The notes under the pieces: model-generated
Databases searched by the model: none
Told to the model about the DNA's origin: nothing
What the model saw: the letters and a program-made list of their open reading frames with translations, nothing else
Position numbers and translations under genes: made by a program
Part shown: one piece after another, positions 54,461-62,976 of the stretch
Layout: each line of letters starts with the position of its first letter
Numbering within the stretch: the first letter of the stretch is position 1
DNA from: a phage
Length of the DNA stretch: 64,000 nucleotides
Reading direction: 5' to 3' (one strand)
Sequence record: PZ738962.1

Positions 54461-54494
54461 CCAAAACGAAAAAGCCGACCCTTTCGGATCGGCT
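54461..54494 (-). terminator. intrinsic terminator (minus strand) after nrdD
   Basis: hairpin AGCCGATCCGAAAGGGTCGGCT followed by UUUUCGUUUU on minus strand; same stem family as 6335 and 16292. Confidence 0.6.
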
Positions 54495-54499
54495 GAAAT

Positions 54500-56362
54500 T
54501 TACATGTGCTTAACGCGGTTTACCATCTCGGAGTGTTTCCCGTGGTTGAATGGACGCAGATCAACAGATCCAAGATATCCACTAACGCGACGGATAACAT
54601 TCATCTTTTCCAGATTGTCATTACCGCAATCAGGACAAACAAAACCAGACTCGGTCGCTCTCATTTCCTTAGTAGATCCGCATACATGACATACATCAGA
54701 AGGAGTATTAACACCGAAGTAGTGCAATTTATCCATTGCATAGTCTACTACAGTTTCAAGACCTTTCAGGTTGTTTTTCATGTCTGGGAACTCAACATAA
54801 GAGATCATGCCACCGGACGCCAGCCAGTGATAATCTTTCTCAAAGTCAATTTTCTCAAATGGAGTGACTTTCCGGTCTACGTCAAGGTGGAATGAGTTGG
54901 TGTACCAGTCTTTATCGGTAGCACCCTTAACAATACCAAATTGCTCTCGGTCCAGTCGATTAAATCGATAGCAAAGGCTCTCGGCTGGAGTACCGTAAAG
55001 ACTAAACCCAAGTCCGGTTTCGTCCTTCCATTTTTCAGTATAATGACGCAAGATCTTAAGAATATGTTTACCGTATCGCTGCGCATCTTCCGAATCAAAC
55101 GGATGAACACCAAACAGGACGCTCAATACCTCATGTAAACCAATATATCCAAGAGAGATACTAGCGCGACCATCTTTCAACACTTCCAAAATTTCATCGT
55201 TTTGATGAATACGGAAAAACGCACCTTCGGTATACAGCACCGGAGCAACATTGGCTTTAGCCCCTTTTAAAGCGTCTACGCGACTCATGAGCGCATCAAA
55301 GCAAATAGGCATACGATTGGCTAGCTCTTGTTCGAATAGCTCAATTCTGCGCATTACAGACGCTTTACCAGCACGACGCGCGGCAATAAGGGCAATACGC
55401 GGAAGATTCAGGGTCACAACACCCAAGTTATTACGTCCGTCTAATACTTCTTCGCCTTTCTCATTATGCCACACACCCAGGAAGCTACGACAACCCATCG
55501 GGCTAACCGGAACACTAGATCCGGTGATACTACGGTTATTCTTCGCAGAGATATAATCAGGGTAAAGACGCTTACTAGAACATTCCAATGCAAGTTGCTT
55601 AATGTCGTAGTTCGGATCTTCCGGTTTAAGGTTTAATCCTTCTTCTAAGAACATCACCAGCTTAGGAAACACCGGAGTGATACCATCTTTACCTAAACCT
55701 TTAGTTCGAACGTTCAGGATCGCTTTCTGAATCAGTTTTTCTTCCCAGCTAGTACCCATACCAAAGGTTAAAGTCACAAAAGGCGTTTGACCGTTGGTGG
55801 AGAACAAAGTGTTGATTTCATATTCCAACGCTTGATACCCGTCTAAAGTTTCTTTTTCTGTCTTCTCTTGTGCATAGAGAGTATCAGCTTTGATTCCGTA
55901 GGTTTCGGCATCAGCAAGGTGTTTATGATATGTTTTCTCAACATACGGTGCTAACACCTGATCGATGTTTGCGATTGTGGTCCCGCCATATTGATGACTT
56001 GCCACCTGTGCGATAATTTGAGCGGTTACAGCACAAGCAACGCCGATTGATTTCGGACTTTCGATTTGTGCGCTACCCAATTTAAAACCATTCTCTAACA
56101 TGTCTTTGAGATTAACAAGACAGCAGTTAGTAAACGGCATAGCGGGTGCATAATCCATATCATGATAATGAATGTCACCGTCTACATGCGCTTTATAGAT
56201 GTGCTCAGGTAACACGGTTTTAGCAATCTGTTTAGACACAGCACCAGCAATCAGATCTCGACGTGTCGGGAATGTTCGCGCGTCTTTGTTCGCGTTCTCT
56301 TTGCTTACTTCGTTTTCTTTACCCGTTGCGATCTCTGTAATGTCTTTGATTAGTTTTTCCAT
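54500..56362 (-). CDS. nrdD: anaerobic ribonucleoside-triphosphate reductase
   Basis: 620 aa; C-terminal glycyl-radical region RRVSGYLG and zinc-ribbon CHVCG...CPDCG; uninterrupted ORF. Confidence 0.9.
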   Translation of the reverse strand: MEKLIKDITEIATGKENEVSKENANKDARTFPTRRDLIAGAVSKQIAKTVLPEHIYKAHVDGDIHYHDMDYAPAMPFTNCCLVNLKDMLENGFKLGSAQIESPKSIGVACAVTAQIIAQVASHQYGGTTIANIDQVLAPYVEKTYHKHLADAETYGIKADTLYAQEKTEKETLDGYQALEYEINTLFSTNGQTPFVTLTFGMGTSWEEKLIQKAILNVRTKGLGKDGITPVFPKLVMFLEEGLNLKPEDPNYDIKQLALECSSKRLYPDYISAKNNRSITGSSVPVSPMGCRSFLGVWHNEKGEEVLDGRNNLGVVTLNLPRIALIAARRAGKASVMRRIELFEQELANRMPICFDALMSRVDALKGAKANVAPVLYTEGAFFRIHQNDEILEVLKDGRASISLGYIGLHEVLSVLFGVHPFDSEDAQRYGKHILKILRHYTEKWKDETGLGFSLYGTPAESLCYRFNRLDREQFGIVKGATDKDWYTNSFHLDVDRKVTPFEKIDFEKDYHWLASGGMISYVEFPDMKNNLKGLETVVDYAMDKLHYFGVNTPSDVCHVCGSTKEMRATESGFVCPDCGNDNLEKMNVIRRVSGYLGSVDLRPFNHGKHSEMVNRVKHM

Positions 56363-56375
56363 TGTATCACCTATG

Positions 56376-56396
56376 AAAAAGCGGGATTTCTCCCGC
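56376..56396 (-). terminator. intrinsic terminator (minus strand) after 56407..56901
   Basis: hairpin AGCGGGA-GAAA-TCCCGCT followed by UUUUU on minus strand. Confidence 0.55.
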
Positions 56397-56406
56397 TCGT
56401 TGATAG

Positions 56407-56901
56407 TTATTTTACCAGTTCTGCTAATTCTTTTTCTTTAGCTTCTAGTTCAGCTTTAAGCTGTTTAATCTCTTGTCGCTTCTTATTAGCGGCTTCCTGC
56501 TTACTATTTCGGATAACCTGATCTAGATACAACTCCCAATCCTGAATATTTTTGATAATGTATCCGTCAACATTAATTGGTCGGAGATTCAGTACAGCTT
56601 CCAGTTTAGTCGCAAAAACTTTAATTGCTGGCGTGAAGTATTCATATTCGTTATCTTCAAACCAATAACCTAGACTTGCATTATCAATACGAAGACGAAG
56701 TTCAAGATCAAGGTCTTTATCTTCGGTGTAAAGATCTTTCACCTGACCCAGCGAACTAACAACAACTTTAAAACGAATTTTATCTACACCACCAAACACA
56801 TCAGTAAGTATACCAGCAATTGAGCTATTAGCGCAAGATTGGTCGCTGAATGCGTCAAGGTTTTCTTTAGTTACAGTATACCAAACATCTTGTACCCACA
56901 T
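56407..56901 (-). CDS. hypothetical protein with C-terminal coiled coil (164 aa)
   Basis: ATG with GAGAGGATTATATT upstream. Confidence 0.55.
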   Translation of the reverse strand: MWVQDVWYTVTKENLDAFSDQSCANSSIAGILTDVFGGVDKIRFKVVVSSLGQVKDLYTEDKDLDLELRLRIDNASLGYWFEDNEYEYFTPAIKVFATKLEAVLNLRPINVDGYIIKNIQDWELYLDQVIRNSKQEAANKKRQEIKQLKAELEAKEKELAELVK

Positions 56902-56931
56902 AATATAATCCTCTCGTTGTTAAGTGGGAGT

Positions 56932-56959
56932 ATTATAGCATACTCCCTTCGCATGTCAA
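56932..56959 (-). promoter_or_regulatory. PeSL-type early promoter (TTGACA-N16-TATAAT) with GGGAGTA/TACTCCC stem-loop
   Basis: inverted repeat GGGAGTATGCTATAATACTCCC. Confidence 0.55.
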
Positions 56960-58134
56960 GCACTAACTTTTTTCTTTACTGCTTTCACCTTCTGGCGAAT
57001 TGCTCGAATCTCTTCGATCTCTTTTTCAGTCTCTTTAACAATTTCTTTGCGATTCTGAATATCTGTATCTAGATTATCATCAAGTTTAGGCAGCATGTCA
57101 ATCAAGAACTTTTTAAAGTCTTTCAGGTTTCGGATAACAGCACCTTCACCCATTACCGCCACGCCTACACCATCCGGCAGATCACCAAACAGCTTAACCA
57201 GTTCAGACAGATGATCATGATCTTCTAGTGCTTCTTCCGGTTCAGATGGCAGTTCAACAAAGTTATAACGTTCATCATTGCTGATCAAGTGATACCAGCA
57301 AAGACCGAAAGATTTCGGTGTATATTCTACACCATCAATTTCAACCGCGTCAACACTTCCATAATCATCTACTTTAGTTACCTTAAATCCTTGTCCCAGC
57401 TTTTGAACAATTTCAACAACATGACTTGATACAGTTTCAGCGGTAAACCAATATGGCAAATTATGCTGATTTGGTTTGTAGCGTTCACCTACTTTAAATC
57501 TCTGACCATCCGCTTGCATAGAATGAAATTGTTGTTTCGTGATTTCCGCGAAGTATTCAAATTCGCTACCGTCAAACAAGCAATTCCATTGATCACAAAA
57601 ACGGTCCGCCTTGACGGTTTCACCTTTCGCGGTGATCATGGTAGCTGATCCGTGCAATTCTTCTTCAACTAAAAAGCCATATTCGACAAAATCAACAAGT
57701 TTCATGGCTTCTTTGTGCTCTGGGTCATGCTCTCCCCAGAATCGCTTAAATTCTTGCAAACCTTCTGGGGTAAACGAATAACATTTACCTTTTTCAAAGT
57801 AAGTCGGCATTGCATCCTCTTTCTTGTTCATCGCTTCGTATGCCTCTTTTGAGATACGTTTAAAGTATTTGCGCTCATTGTGCATAATCATAGTAGACCA
57901 ATAATAAACGATATCCTCAGCGGAATAAACTACATCTCCAGCTTCAATAGTAATAACATGACCGTGGTCATCTTTTTCTAATACTTTAAAGCCCTTTTCT
58001 ACGATTTCAGCAACCCGAATATGACCACGGCGCGAAGCATCGGTCAGAATAATTGAATAGCGAGAAAAGTCTAGAAACTCATCTTTACCGCCTTCACGGA
58101 ATGCATAGTAATGACCTTCAAAGAATTTAGCCAT
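56956..58134 (-). CDS. paralog-family protein A5 (392 aa, multiple copies of the module)
   Basis: repeated x-IDG/IEAG...ERKYF-like modules (NERKYFKRISKEAYEAM, DERYNFVEL) plus coiled-coil tail. Confidence 0.55.
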   Translation of the reverse strand: MAKFFEGHYYAFREGGKDEFLDFSRYSIILTDASRRGHIRVAEIVEKGFKVLEKDDHGHVITIEAGDVVYSAEDIVYYWSTMIMHNERKYFKRISKEAYEAMNKKEDAMPTYFEKGKCYSFTPEGLQEFKRFWGEHDPEHKEAMKLVDFVEYGFLVEEELHGSATMITAKGETVKADRFCDQWNCLFDGSEFEYFAEITKQQFHSMQADGQRFKVGERYKPNQHNLPYWFTAETVSSHVVEIVQKLGQGFKVTKVDDYGSVDAVEIDGVEYTPKSFGLCWYHLISNDERYNFVELPSEPEEALEDHDHLSELVKLFGDLPDGVGVAVMGEGAVIRNLKDFKKFLIDMLPKLDDNLDTDIQNRKEIVKETEKEIEEIRAIRQKVKAVKKKVSA

Positions 58135-58165
58135 AATATAATCCTCTCGTTGTTTAGATGGGAGT

Positions 58166-58194
58166 ATCTTACTACTCCCGTTTCATCATGTCAA
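58166..58194 (-). promoter_or_regulatory. PeSL-type early promoter (TTGACA-N17-TAAGAT) with GGGAGTA/TACTCCC stem-loop
   Basis: near-identical to copies at 14646 and 15226. Confidence 0.5.
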
Positions 58195-58757
58195 GCGTTA
58201 AATGACTTTTGGATCTCTTTCAGTTCAGCTACTTTATCTGCGCTGAATTTAGCGTAGGTATCATGTCGAATAATTTCACTTTCAAGAAAGGTTTCCAGCC
58301 GAGATCTATTTTCAATAAGGAACTCTTTCAGGTCTTCTGCGTTCTTGATAAAGATTTTATTGTCGGTAATGTCATCTTCAATCGCAAAGGAGATAGAGCG
58401 AACTTTACCAAACAAGTTAATCAGATCTTCCAGAGATTCTTCTTTCTTAACTGGTTTCATTTCTTCAAACTGCTTTTTAGTGATGCGTTTAAAGTATTTG
58501 CGCTCGCTTGCATCAATCATGATTGACGCACCCTCATAATCATGAGTTTCTACCAAATACACTTTACCCATAACATTAACCGTAAGAACTTTAAAGCCCC
58601 TGTGAAGCACACCATACAGGAACTTGTTATGTTGTGGGTAGCGTTTAACAAATTCCTCTGCGGACTCAGCATTACGGAAAGTGTAATAACGACCTCGTTC
58701 AAAAACAGCATCAGTTGAAGACTTAGCCGGATACAATTTATACGTTTTCTGTACCAT
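58191..58757 (-). CDS. paralog-family protein A6
   Basis: start at ATG 58757 with AGAGGATTATATT upstream; SERKYFKRITKKQFEEM motif. Confidence 0.55.
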   Translation of the reverse strand: MVQKTYKLYPAKSSTDAVFERGRYYTFRNAESAEEFVKRYPQHNKFLYGVLHRGFKVLTVNVMGKVYLVETHDYEGASIMIDASERKYFKRITKKQFEEMKPVKKEESLEDLINLFGKVRSISFAIEDDITDNKIFIKNAEDLKEFLIENRSRLETFLESEIIRHDTYAKFSADKVAELKEIQKSFNA

Positions 58758-58771
58758 AATATAATCCTCTA

Positions 58772-59044
58772 TCATTTCACTAATTGAACAGCACGGAACA
58801 GAATGCGCTCACACGGAAGCAGCATAAATTCCCAACGCGGATCAAAGTCTTTAGCGGTGTATGTTTTCCCATCAACCGAGATTTCACTTACATAACCAAC
58901 AGGTGACACTTTAAGAACAGTAAACCCATTCTTGATGACTTCGTAGGTATCTTTCACCCCTTCGTATTCATCATCTAAGAAGTCTTTATGTGCTTGCTCA
59001 GATTTAAAAACATAGGCAACACCGGATTTAAACATCTTACGCAT
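58772..59044 (-). CDS. paralog-family protein A7 (90 aa from ATG)
   Basis: start at ATG 59044 after GGAGAATCAACA leader; ISVDGKTYTAKDF motif. Confidence 0.5.
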   Translation of the reverse strand: MRKMFKSGVAYVFKSEQAHKDFLDDEYEGVKDTYEVIKNGFTVLKVSPVGYVSEISVDGKTYTAKDFDPRWEFMLLPCERILFRAVQLVK

Positions 59045-59075
59045 TGTTGATTCTCCTTCTTGATTAGATGGGAGT

Positions 59076-59104
59076 ATTTTACTACTCCCATTTCTTATTG
59101 TCAA
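59076..59104 (-). promoter_or_regulatory. PeSL-type early promoter (TTGACA-N17-TAAAAT) with GGGAGTA/TACTCCC stem-loop
   Basis: same cassette as 58166; directly after gene 49 stop. Confidence 0.5.
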
Positions 59105-59107
59105 CTA

Positions 59108-59581
59108 CTATCTTAATCTTTGTATGAATTGTTTCTTATACTTCTTCGTGATCTCTTCTCTTGTATCAGCGTCACAATAATCGAAACCTTCTGCGTCCAT
59201 AATAGCAACCATCTCCGCGCGTGTCAAGCGTGAAAATCGTTTTACTTTATCAACAGCATATTGAGGATGTAAATGATTGTTGGTGTAGTCTCCTTTGATG
59301 TAATTAACATAGTTTGTAGCCCAAACAACGAAATCAGCACCTAAAGCACCAACACCAAACCGTTTAAAGTCTCCGGTCAACGATCCTTCTAGGCGGTTGC
59401 AACACGAATGAAGCAATCCCCTTACGCGGCCTTGCCCTTTCCCATCTAGATCGTGGTCGTGGTCAAGATGGTTTTTGCTCATATCCTCAAAAAGTGGCAA
59501 TTGACAAAGGGGGCAAATGCCCCCCTGTTTTTCGAATAGTTCTTGTTTGTACTCTTTAGCACTCTTAGCAGTCAGTAACAT
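59108..59581 (-). CDS. 49: endonuclease VII (Holliday junction resolvase) gp49
   Basis: strong similarity to T4 endo VII as recalled (MLLT-KxxKE, HLDHDH, GxVRGLL, CNxxEG, FSRL, KKQ); start at ATG 59581 with GGAGGGTG upstream. Confidence 0.9.
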   Translation of the reverse strand: MLLTAKSAKEYKQELFEKQGGICPLCQLPLFEDMSKNHLDHDHDLDGKGQGRVRGLLHSCCNRLEGSLTGDFKRFGVGALGADFVVWATNYVNYIKGDYTNNHLHPQYAVDKVKRFSRLTRAEMVAIMDAEGFDYCDADTREEITKKYKKQFIQRLR

Positions 59582-59605
59582 AAATTCACCCTCCAAAGAA
59601 GGTAT

Positions 59606-59887
59606 TTAACCATTAATCTTGTTTTTGACTACAAAGGATCGGAACTCATCAAAGCCACCGATATAATCACCGTCATAGAAAATCTGCGGCATGGTGGCAA
59701 TAACTTCTACCCCTGCGCGATCCTGAATATCGGCAATGATAGAATCAATCTTTACCGGACGACCGTTTTCGTCCACACCATCATTAACCGGAATGTAGAT
59801 GTAAGGGATCTTACGCGATTCACAAAGGCGCTTTGCATTCTGGCAATACTTACAGTTGTAACCTTCAAAACCAAAAATTTCTACCAT
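59606..59887 (-). CDS. nrdC: glutaredoxin (NrdC-like thioredoxin, CKYC active site)
   Basis: CKYC active site, MPQIFYDGDYIGGFDEFRSF C-terminus resembling T4 NrdC; start at ATG 59887. Confidence 0.75.
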   Translation of the reverse strand: MVEIFGFEGYNCKYCQNAKRLCESRKIPYIYIPVNDGVDENGRPVKIDSIIADIQDRAGVEVIATMPQIFYDGDYIGGFDEFRSFVVKNKING

Positions 59888-59895
59888 GTTATACC

Positions 59896-60708
59896 TCAAT
59901 CTACGTTAGTTACATAAACTTCTTGTGTATCAGAAGACTTGCCACCTGAACGATCTAGGCAATAGGTCTTATTCAACAGGACGCAGTTTAAATCATTCCG
60001 CTTGATAAAGTCAAGAAGATGATCATTTACCTTTCCCTTATGATGTGTGACATTACTGATACCAAACTGAAAACCACGCGCCATAATAGATTCTACCCAC
60101 TGATAGAATTTAATCTCTTCCTCGTCACTCCAGAACTTATTATATTCCGCAGAAGTGATAAGGTACGGCGGGTCCAAATAAACGAAATCACCCGGCAAGA
60201 TCTCGATCTCGTCATAACGACCAGACGTAAAACTGATTCGACCGTCTTTGTTTTCTTCCTTAAAATTCAGGACACGCTCTACCGCGTTTTCGTTAAAAGT
60301 CCGGCGACCAAAATTAGCATTAAATTCGCCCTTCCTGTTATGACGGTTAATGTTGCTAAAACTGTGCTGAATCAGAACAAACAGAGATAGCGGATCTGGA
60401 TTCTCATTATACTTCTTACGGAATGCCATGTAAGCATCTTTATCATCACGAGACAAACCATTTTCGGCAATAATCCTCTTGATCATAAAAACCGGATCAG
60501 GACACTCATCAATGGCCTTGTAAGCGTCAATTAAGCGGTGATCATAGTCATTAGCCAGCACATCCCCTTCGACGTACAGAGACACACTCAAGCCACCACA
60601 AAAGGCATCGACAAAGCGGTTATAGTGCTTAGGGAAATACTTACTAACACCAGGCAATAACTTTTCCTTATTGCCCGTATAGGGAATTAAACCTAATGCT
60701 TTCTTCAT
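59896..60708 (-). CDS. dam: DNA adenine methyltransferase (Dam)
   Basis: 270 aa; FxGxG-like SAM motif FVDAFCGGLSVSL and catalytic DPPY; collinear with T4 Dam as recalled. Confidence 0.9.
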   Translation of the reverse strand: MKKALGLIPYTGNKEKLLPGVSKYFPKHYNRFVDAFCGGLSVSLYVEGDVLANDYDHRLIDAYKAIDECPDPVFMIKRIIAENGLSRDDKDAYMAFRKKYNENPDPLSLFVLIQHSFSNINRHNRKGEFNANFGRRTFNENAVERVLNFKEENKDGRISFTSGRYDEIEILPGDFVYLDPPYLITSAEYNKFWSDEEEIKFYQWVESIMARGFQFGISNVTHHKGKVNDHLLDFIKRNDLNCVLLNKTYCLDRSGGKSSDTQEVYVTNVD

Positions 60709-60765
60709 TATCCCTTCCTCAAATAAGTTCTTTCAATTTCTACCAGTTCGAAAAATTCTTCCCAA

Positions 60766-61143
60766 TCACACGGAAAATTGCAGTTTCCAAAAATGGTCTT
60801 CATTGTAAAGTTCTTTACCGGATGGCAACTTAATATCTGTTACAGTATACCAACCGCAACAATCGCAATCACCCTCAGCAACAGAAACTTTCGTAGGAAT
60901 TTGCATCATTGCAAGATACAAAGGCACGTCGGACTGTTCAAAGATCATGTAACCTTCATGGTCAAACGAAACAAAATTATCATCACCCAAAAAAGGGATA
61001 TAGTGGTCATAGTCAGTAACAGGTTGACCGTGTAATTCCCATTCTACAATATTAATCTTACCGCTAAAAGTGATACCCATCATATCAACCATAAAATGGG
61101 TATCATCGATGTAAATCTTACTAGGAGTTGGATAAACCATCAT
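60766..61143 (-). CDS. hypothetical protein (125 aa)
   Basis: ATG start; Cys cluster EGDCDCCGW. Confidence 0.5.
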   Translation of the reverse strand: MMVYPTPSKIYIDDTHFMVDMMGITFSGKINIVEWELHGQPVTDYDHYIPFLGDDNFVSFDHEGYMIFEQSDVPLYLAMMQIPTKVSVAEGDCDCCGWYTVTDIKLPSGKELYNEDHFWKLQFSV

Positions 61144-61150
61144 ATAATCC

Positions 61151-61444
61151 TCATATCTCAGAGAATAGAATCTCTGTTAATCGTACTGACTGCTCTCTGA
61201 ATGTTAGCGTATACTCGAAAGGAAAGTCAACACCCAACTTCAAAAGAGAATAGCCTACCGCCTCTTTATGCTTGTCTGTTAGGGCAATCCTAACCAATTC
61301 CCGTTGAATCTCTTTAGGCGGTGAATGGATAGTAACACGGGTATCATGTAATGTCCAGTCACCATTTCGAATTAAGATTAACGGTTTATCATCATTGAAG
61401 ATCACCGACCCCTTTCCGGTCGGTGAGTGTTTTATATTAATCAT
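61151..61444 (-). CDS. hypothetical protein (97 aa from ATG)
   Basis: ATG at 61444; track start is TTG. Confidence 0.45.
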   Translation of the reverse strand: MINIKHSPTGKGSVIFNDDKPLILIRNGDWTLHDTRVTIHSPPKEIQRELVRIALTDKHKEAVGYSLLKLGVDFPFEYTLTFREQSVRLTEILFSEI

Positions 61445-61658
61445 CAAATTCTAAGAAATATTCTGGAACGATATAACCGTTAAAGTCATTGCACTTATAA
61501 AAGTGTGGTGCATTTAATGCTGGATGAGCATTAGTAAAGAGTTTACCCTCTAGAAACAGAATGTAATTAATAGGTCTAATACCTACAGAATCAGGGTCTA
61601 AACCTTTTTCTTTCAGTTCAGCCAGCGTTAAAACTCGTCCAGATCGTAACTTAGCCAT
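61437..61658 (-). CDS. hypothetical protein (73 aa)
   Basis: ATG; overlaps neighbours. Confidence 0.45.
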   Translation of the reverse strand: MAKLRSGRVLTLAELKEKGLDPDSVGIRPINYILFLEGKLFTNAHPALNAPHFYKCNDFNGYIVPEYFLEFDD

Positions 61659-61944
61659 GATTTACCCCTAATTCATCAAGATTATGTCGCAGCATTTCAG
61701 AGTATTTTTCTACTTCCTTGATCTTAGTGTGGATCTCCACGATCTCATCTTCACTATCAGATAGTTTAATGGCAATAGCGAGCGTGCTTTTACCAGCTTT
61801 CATAGTCTCTTTCCGTTCAACCAATAGATCCGCGTGTTTCAATAGCAATTCTTCACGTCGAACATAAGCGACGGTCAAAGCCTCATCAGCGATTTCTAAA
61901 GCATTTTCAGCGACACCAACAACCATTTTACGAGTAGACAGCAT
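61651..61944 (-). CDS. hypothetical protein (97 aa)
   Basis: ATG with AGGTGAATTT upstream. Confidence 0.5.
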   Translation of the reverse strand: MLSTRKMVVGVAENALEIADEALTVAYVRREELLLKHADLLVERKETMKAGKSTLAIAIKLSDSEDEIVEIHTKIKEVEKYSEMLRHNLDELGVNHG

Positions 61945-61958
61945 AAATTCACCTCACA

Positions 61959-62267
61959 TTATTTCACGTTAACGCCGTTATCAATCCAGCCGACGCTATT
62001 TGGTTTAACAGTTTTACCATAGGATGCATACTTAATCAAGCATGGTTTAACATCATTATCAAATCTTCCTAAACGTACTCCCAAATCAGGAATATCCATG
62101 TATGCGGCTTTATATCCCCATGTACCGTATTCAGAATCAATCTCAACCGGACGGCCTTTAAAAGCATACACTACACCGTGACGGTCAACGATAACATAGC
62201 GATAGCCAGCCGGAAGATACACAGTTTCGCCGTAAACTTTAACTGGAGTAGCAGAAGAGATAAACAT
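61959..62267 (-). CDS. hypothetical protein (102 aa from ATG)
   Basis: ATG at 62267 with GAGGATTATATT upstream, downstream of consensus promoter. Confidence 0.5.
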   Translation of the reverse strand: MFISSATPVKVYGETVYLPAGYRYVIVDRHGVVYAFKGRPVEIDSEYGTWGYKAAYMDIPDLGVRLGRFDNDVKPCLIKYASYGKTVKPNSVGWIDNGVNVK

Positions 62268-62301
62268 AATATAATCCTCACATCGTTCATTTGATGCGGT
62301 C

Positions 62302-62330
62302 ATTATATGATAACCGCATTTTCATGTCAA
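62302..62330 (-). promoter_or_regulatory. PeSL-type early promoter (TTGACA-N17-TATAAT) with GCGGT.../...ACCGC stem-loop
   Basis: consensus hexamers; inverted repeat GCGGTTATCATATAATGACCGC. Confidence 0.6.
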
Positions 62331-62336
62331 CAGTTT

Positions 62337-62645
62337 TTAAAAATCTTCTTCCGGTTTATATCGACCGTCATCGACTGGTTTTGGACTGAATCCTTTATGC
62401 GTGCGCGGCTTCGCTTCCGGTTTACCAGCAATCATCAAACCAAAACATTTCAGCCCCTTATAACACATAACAATATCAACCACGGTCCACGTTATAGGCC
62501 AGACGATTGCAGCAATACAAAATGCTCCTGTATCGACCTCTTTGGTGTCCTTGTCGAATCTGGCATACAAGCAGAATACTAGATACGAGATCATTGCACC
62601 AGTAATCCAGATATAAAGTACATTAACAATATCTTGTGTTGTCAA
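62337..62645 (-). CDS. small two-helix membrane protein (102 aa, TTG start)
   Basis: TAAGGAGG 5 nt upstream of TTG at 62645, immediately after upstream stop; two hydrophobic segments. Confidence 0.45.
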   Translation of the reverse strand: MTTQDIVNVLYIWITGAMISYLVFCLYARFDKDTKEVDTGAFCIAAIVWPITWTVVDIVMCYKGLKCFGLMIAGKPEAKPRTHKGFSPKPVDDGRYKPEEDF

Positions 62646-62655
62646 ATTGTCCTCC

Positions 62656-62934
62656 TTACATGTCTTGCAGTGCATAAAAGCATTTTTCTTCGTAGTCATA
62701 GAAAATGTCAAAGTATGCTTTTTCTACATACTCGCCATTGATCCAAGCGGCAGTAACAATCAGAGTGGTCCAGGTAGATCCGCTCTCAACGGTAAAGGTT
62801 TTAATACCCAGCTTCGCTGCCAAGTCGAACGCAAACCGGACGCAACCACGACAGGAAGTGATGTTGGAAGTTTTGATTTTAAAGCCACCGCGAGTTTTAG
62901 AAATTTCTACTTTAGCGAAAGACAGGTTGCTCAT
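62656..62934 (-). CDS. hypothetical protein (92 aa from ATG)
   Basis: ATG at 62934 after GGAGAATCAAA leader of PeSL cassette. Confidence 0.5.
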   Translation of the reverse strand: MSNLSFAKVEISKTRGGFKIKTSNITSCRGCVRFAFDLAAKLGIKTFTVESGSTWTTLIVTAAWINGEYVEKAYFDIFYDYEEKCFYALQDM

Positions 62935-62976
62935 TTTGATTCTCCTTAAGAAAGTGTGTTTCGTTTTGATGTGTGT

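Noticed and set aside
54500-56362. Group I intron or homing endonuclease in nrdD, as in T4
   Set aside because: nrdD is one continuous 620-aa ORF and no GIY-YIG or HNH homing-endonuclease ORF is nearby.
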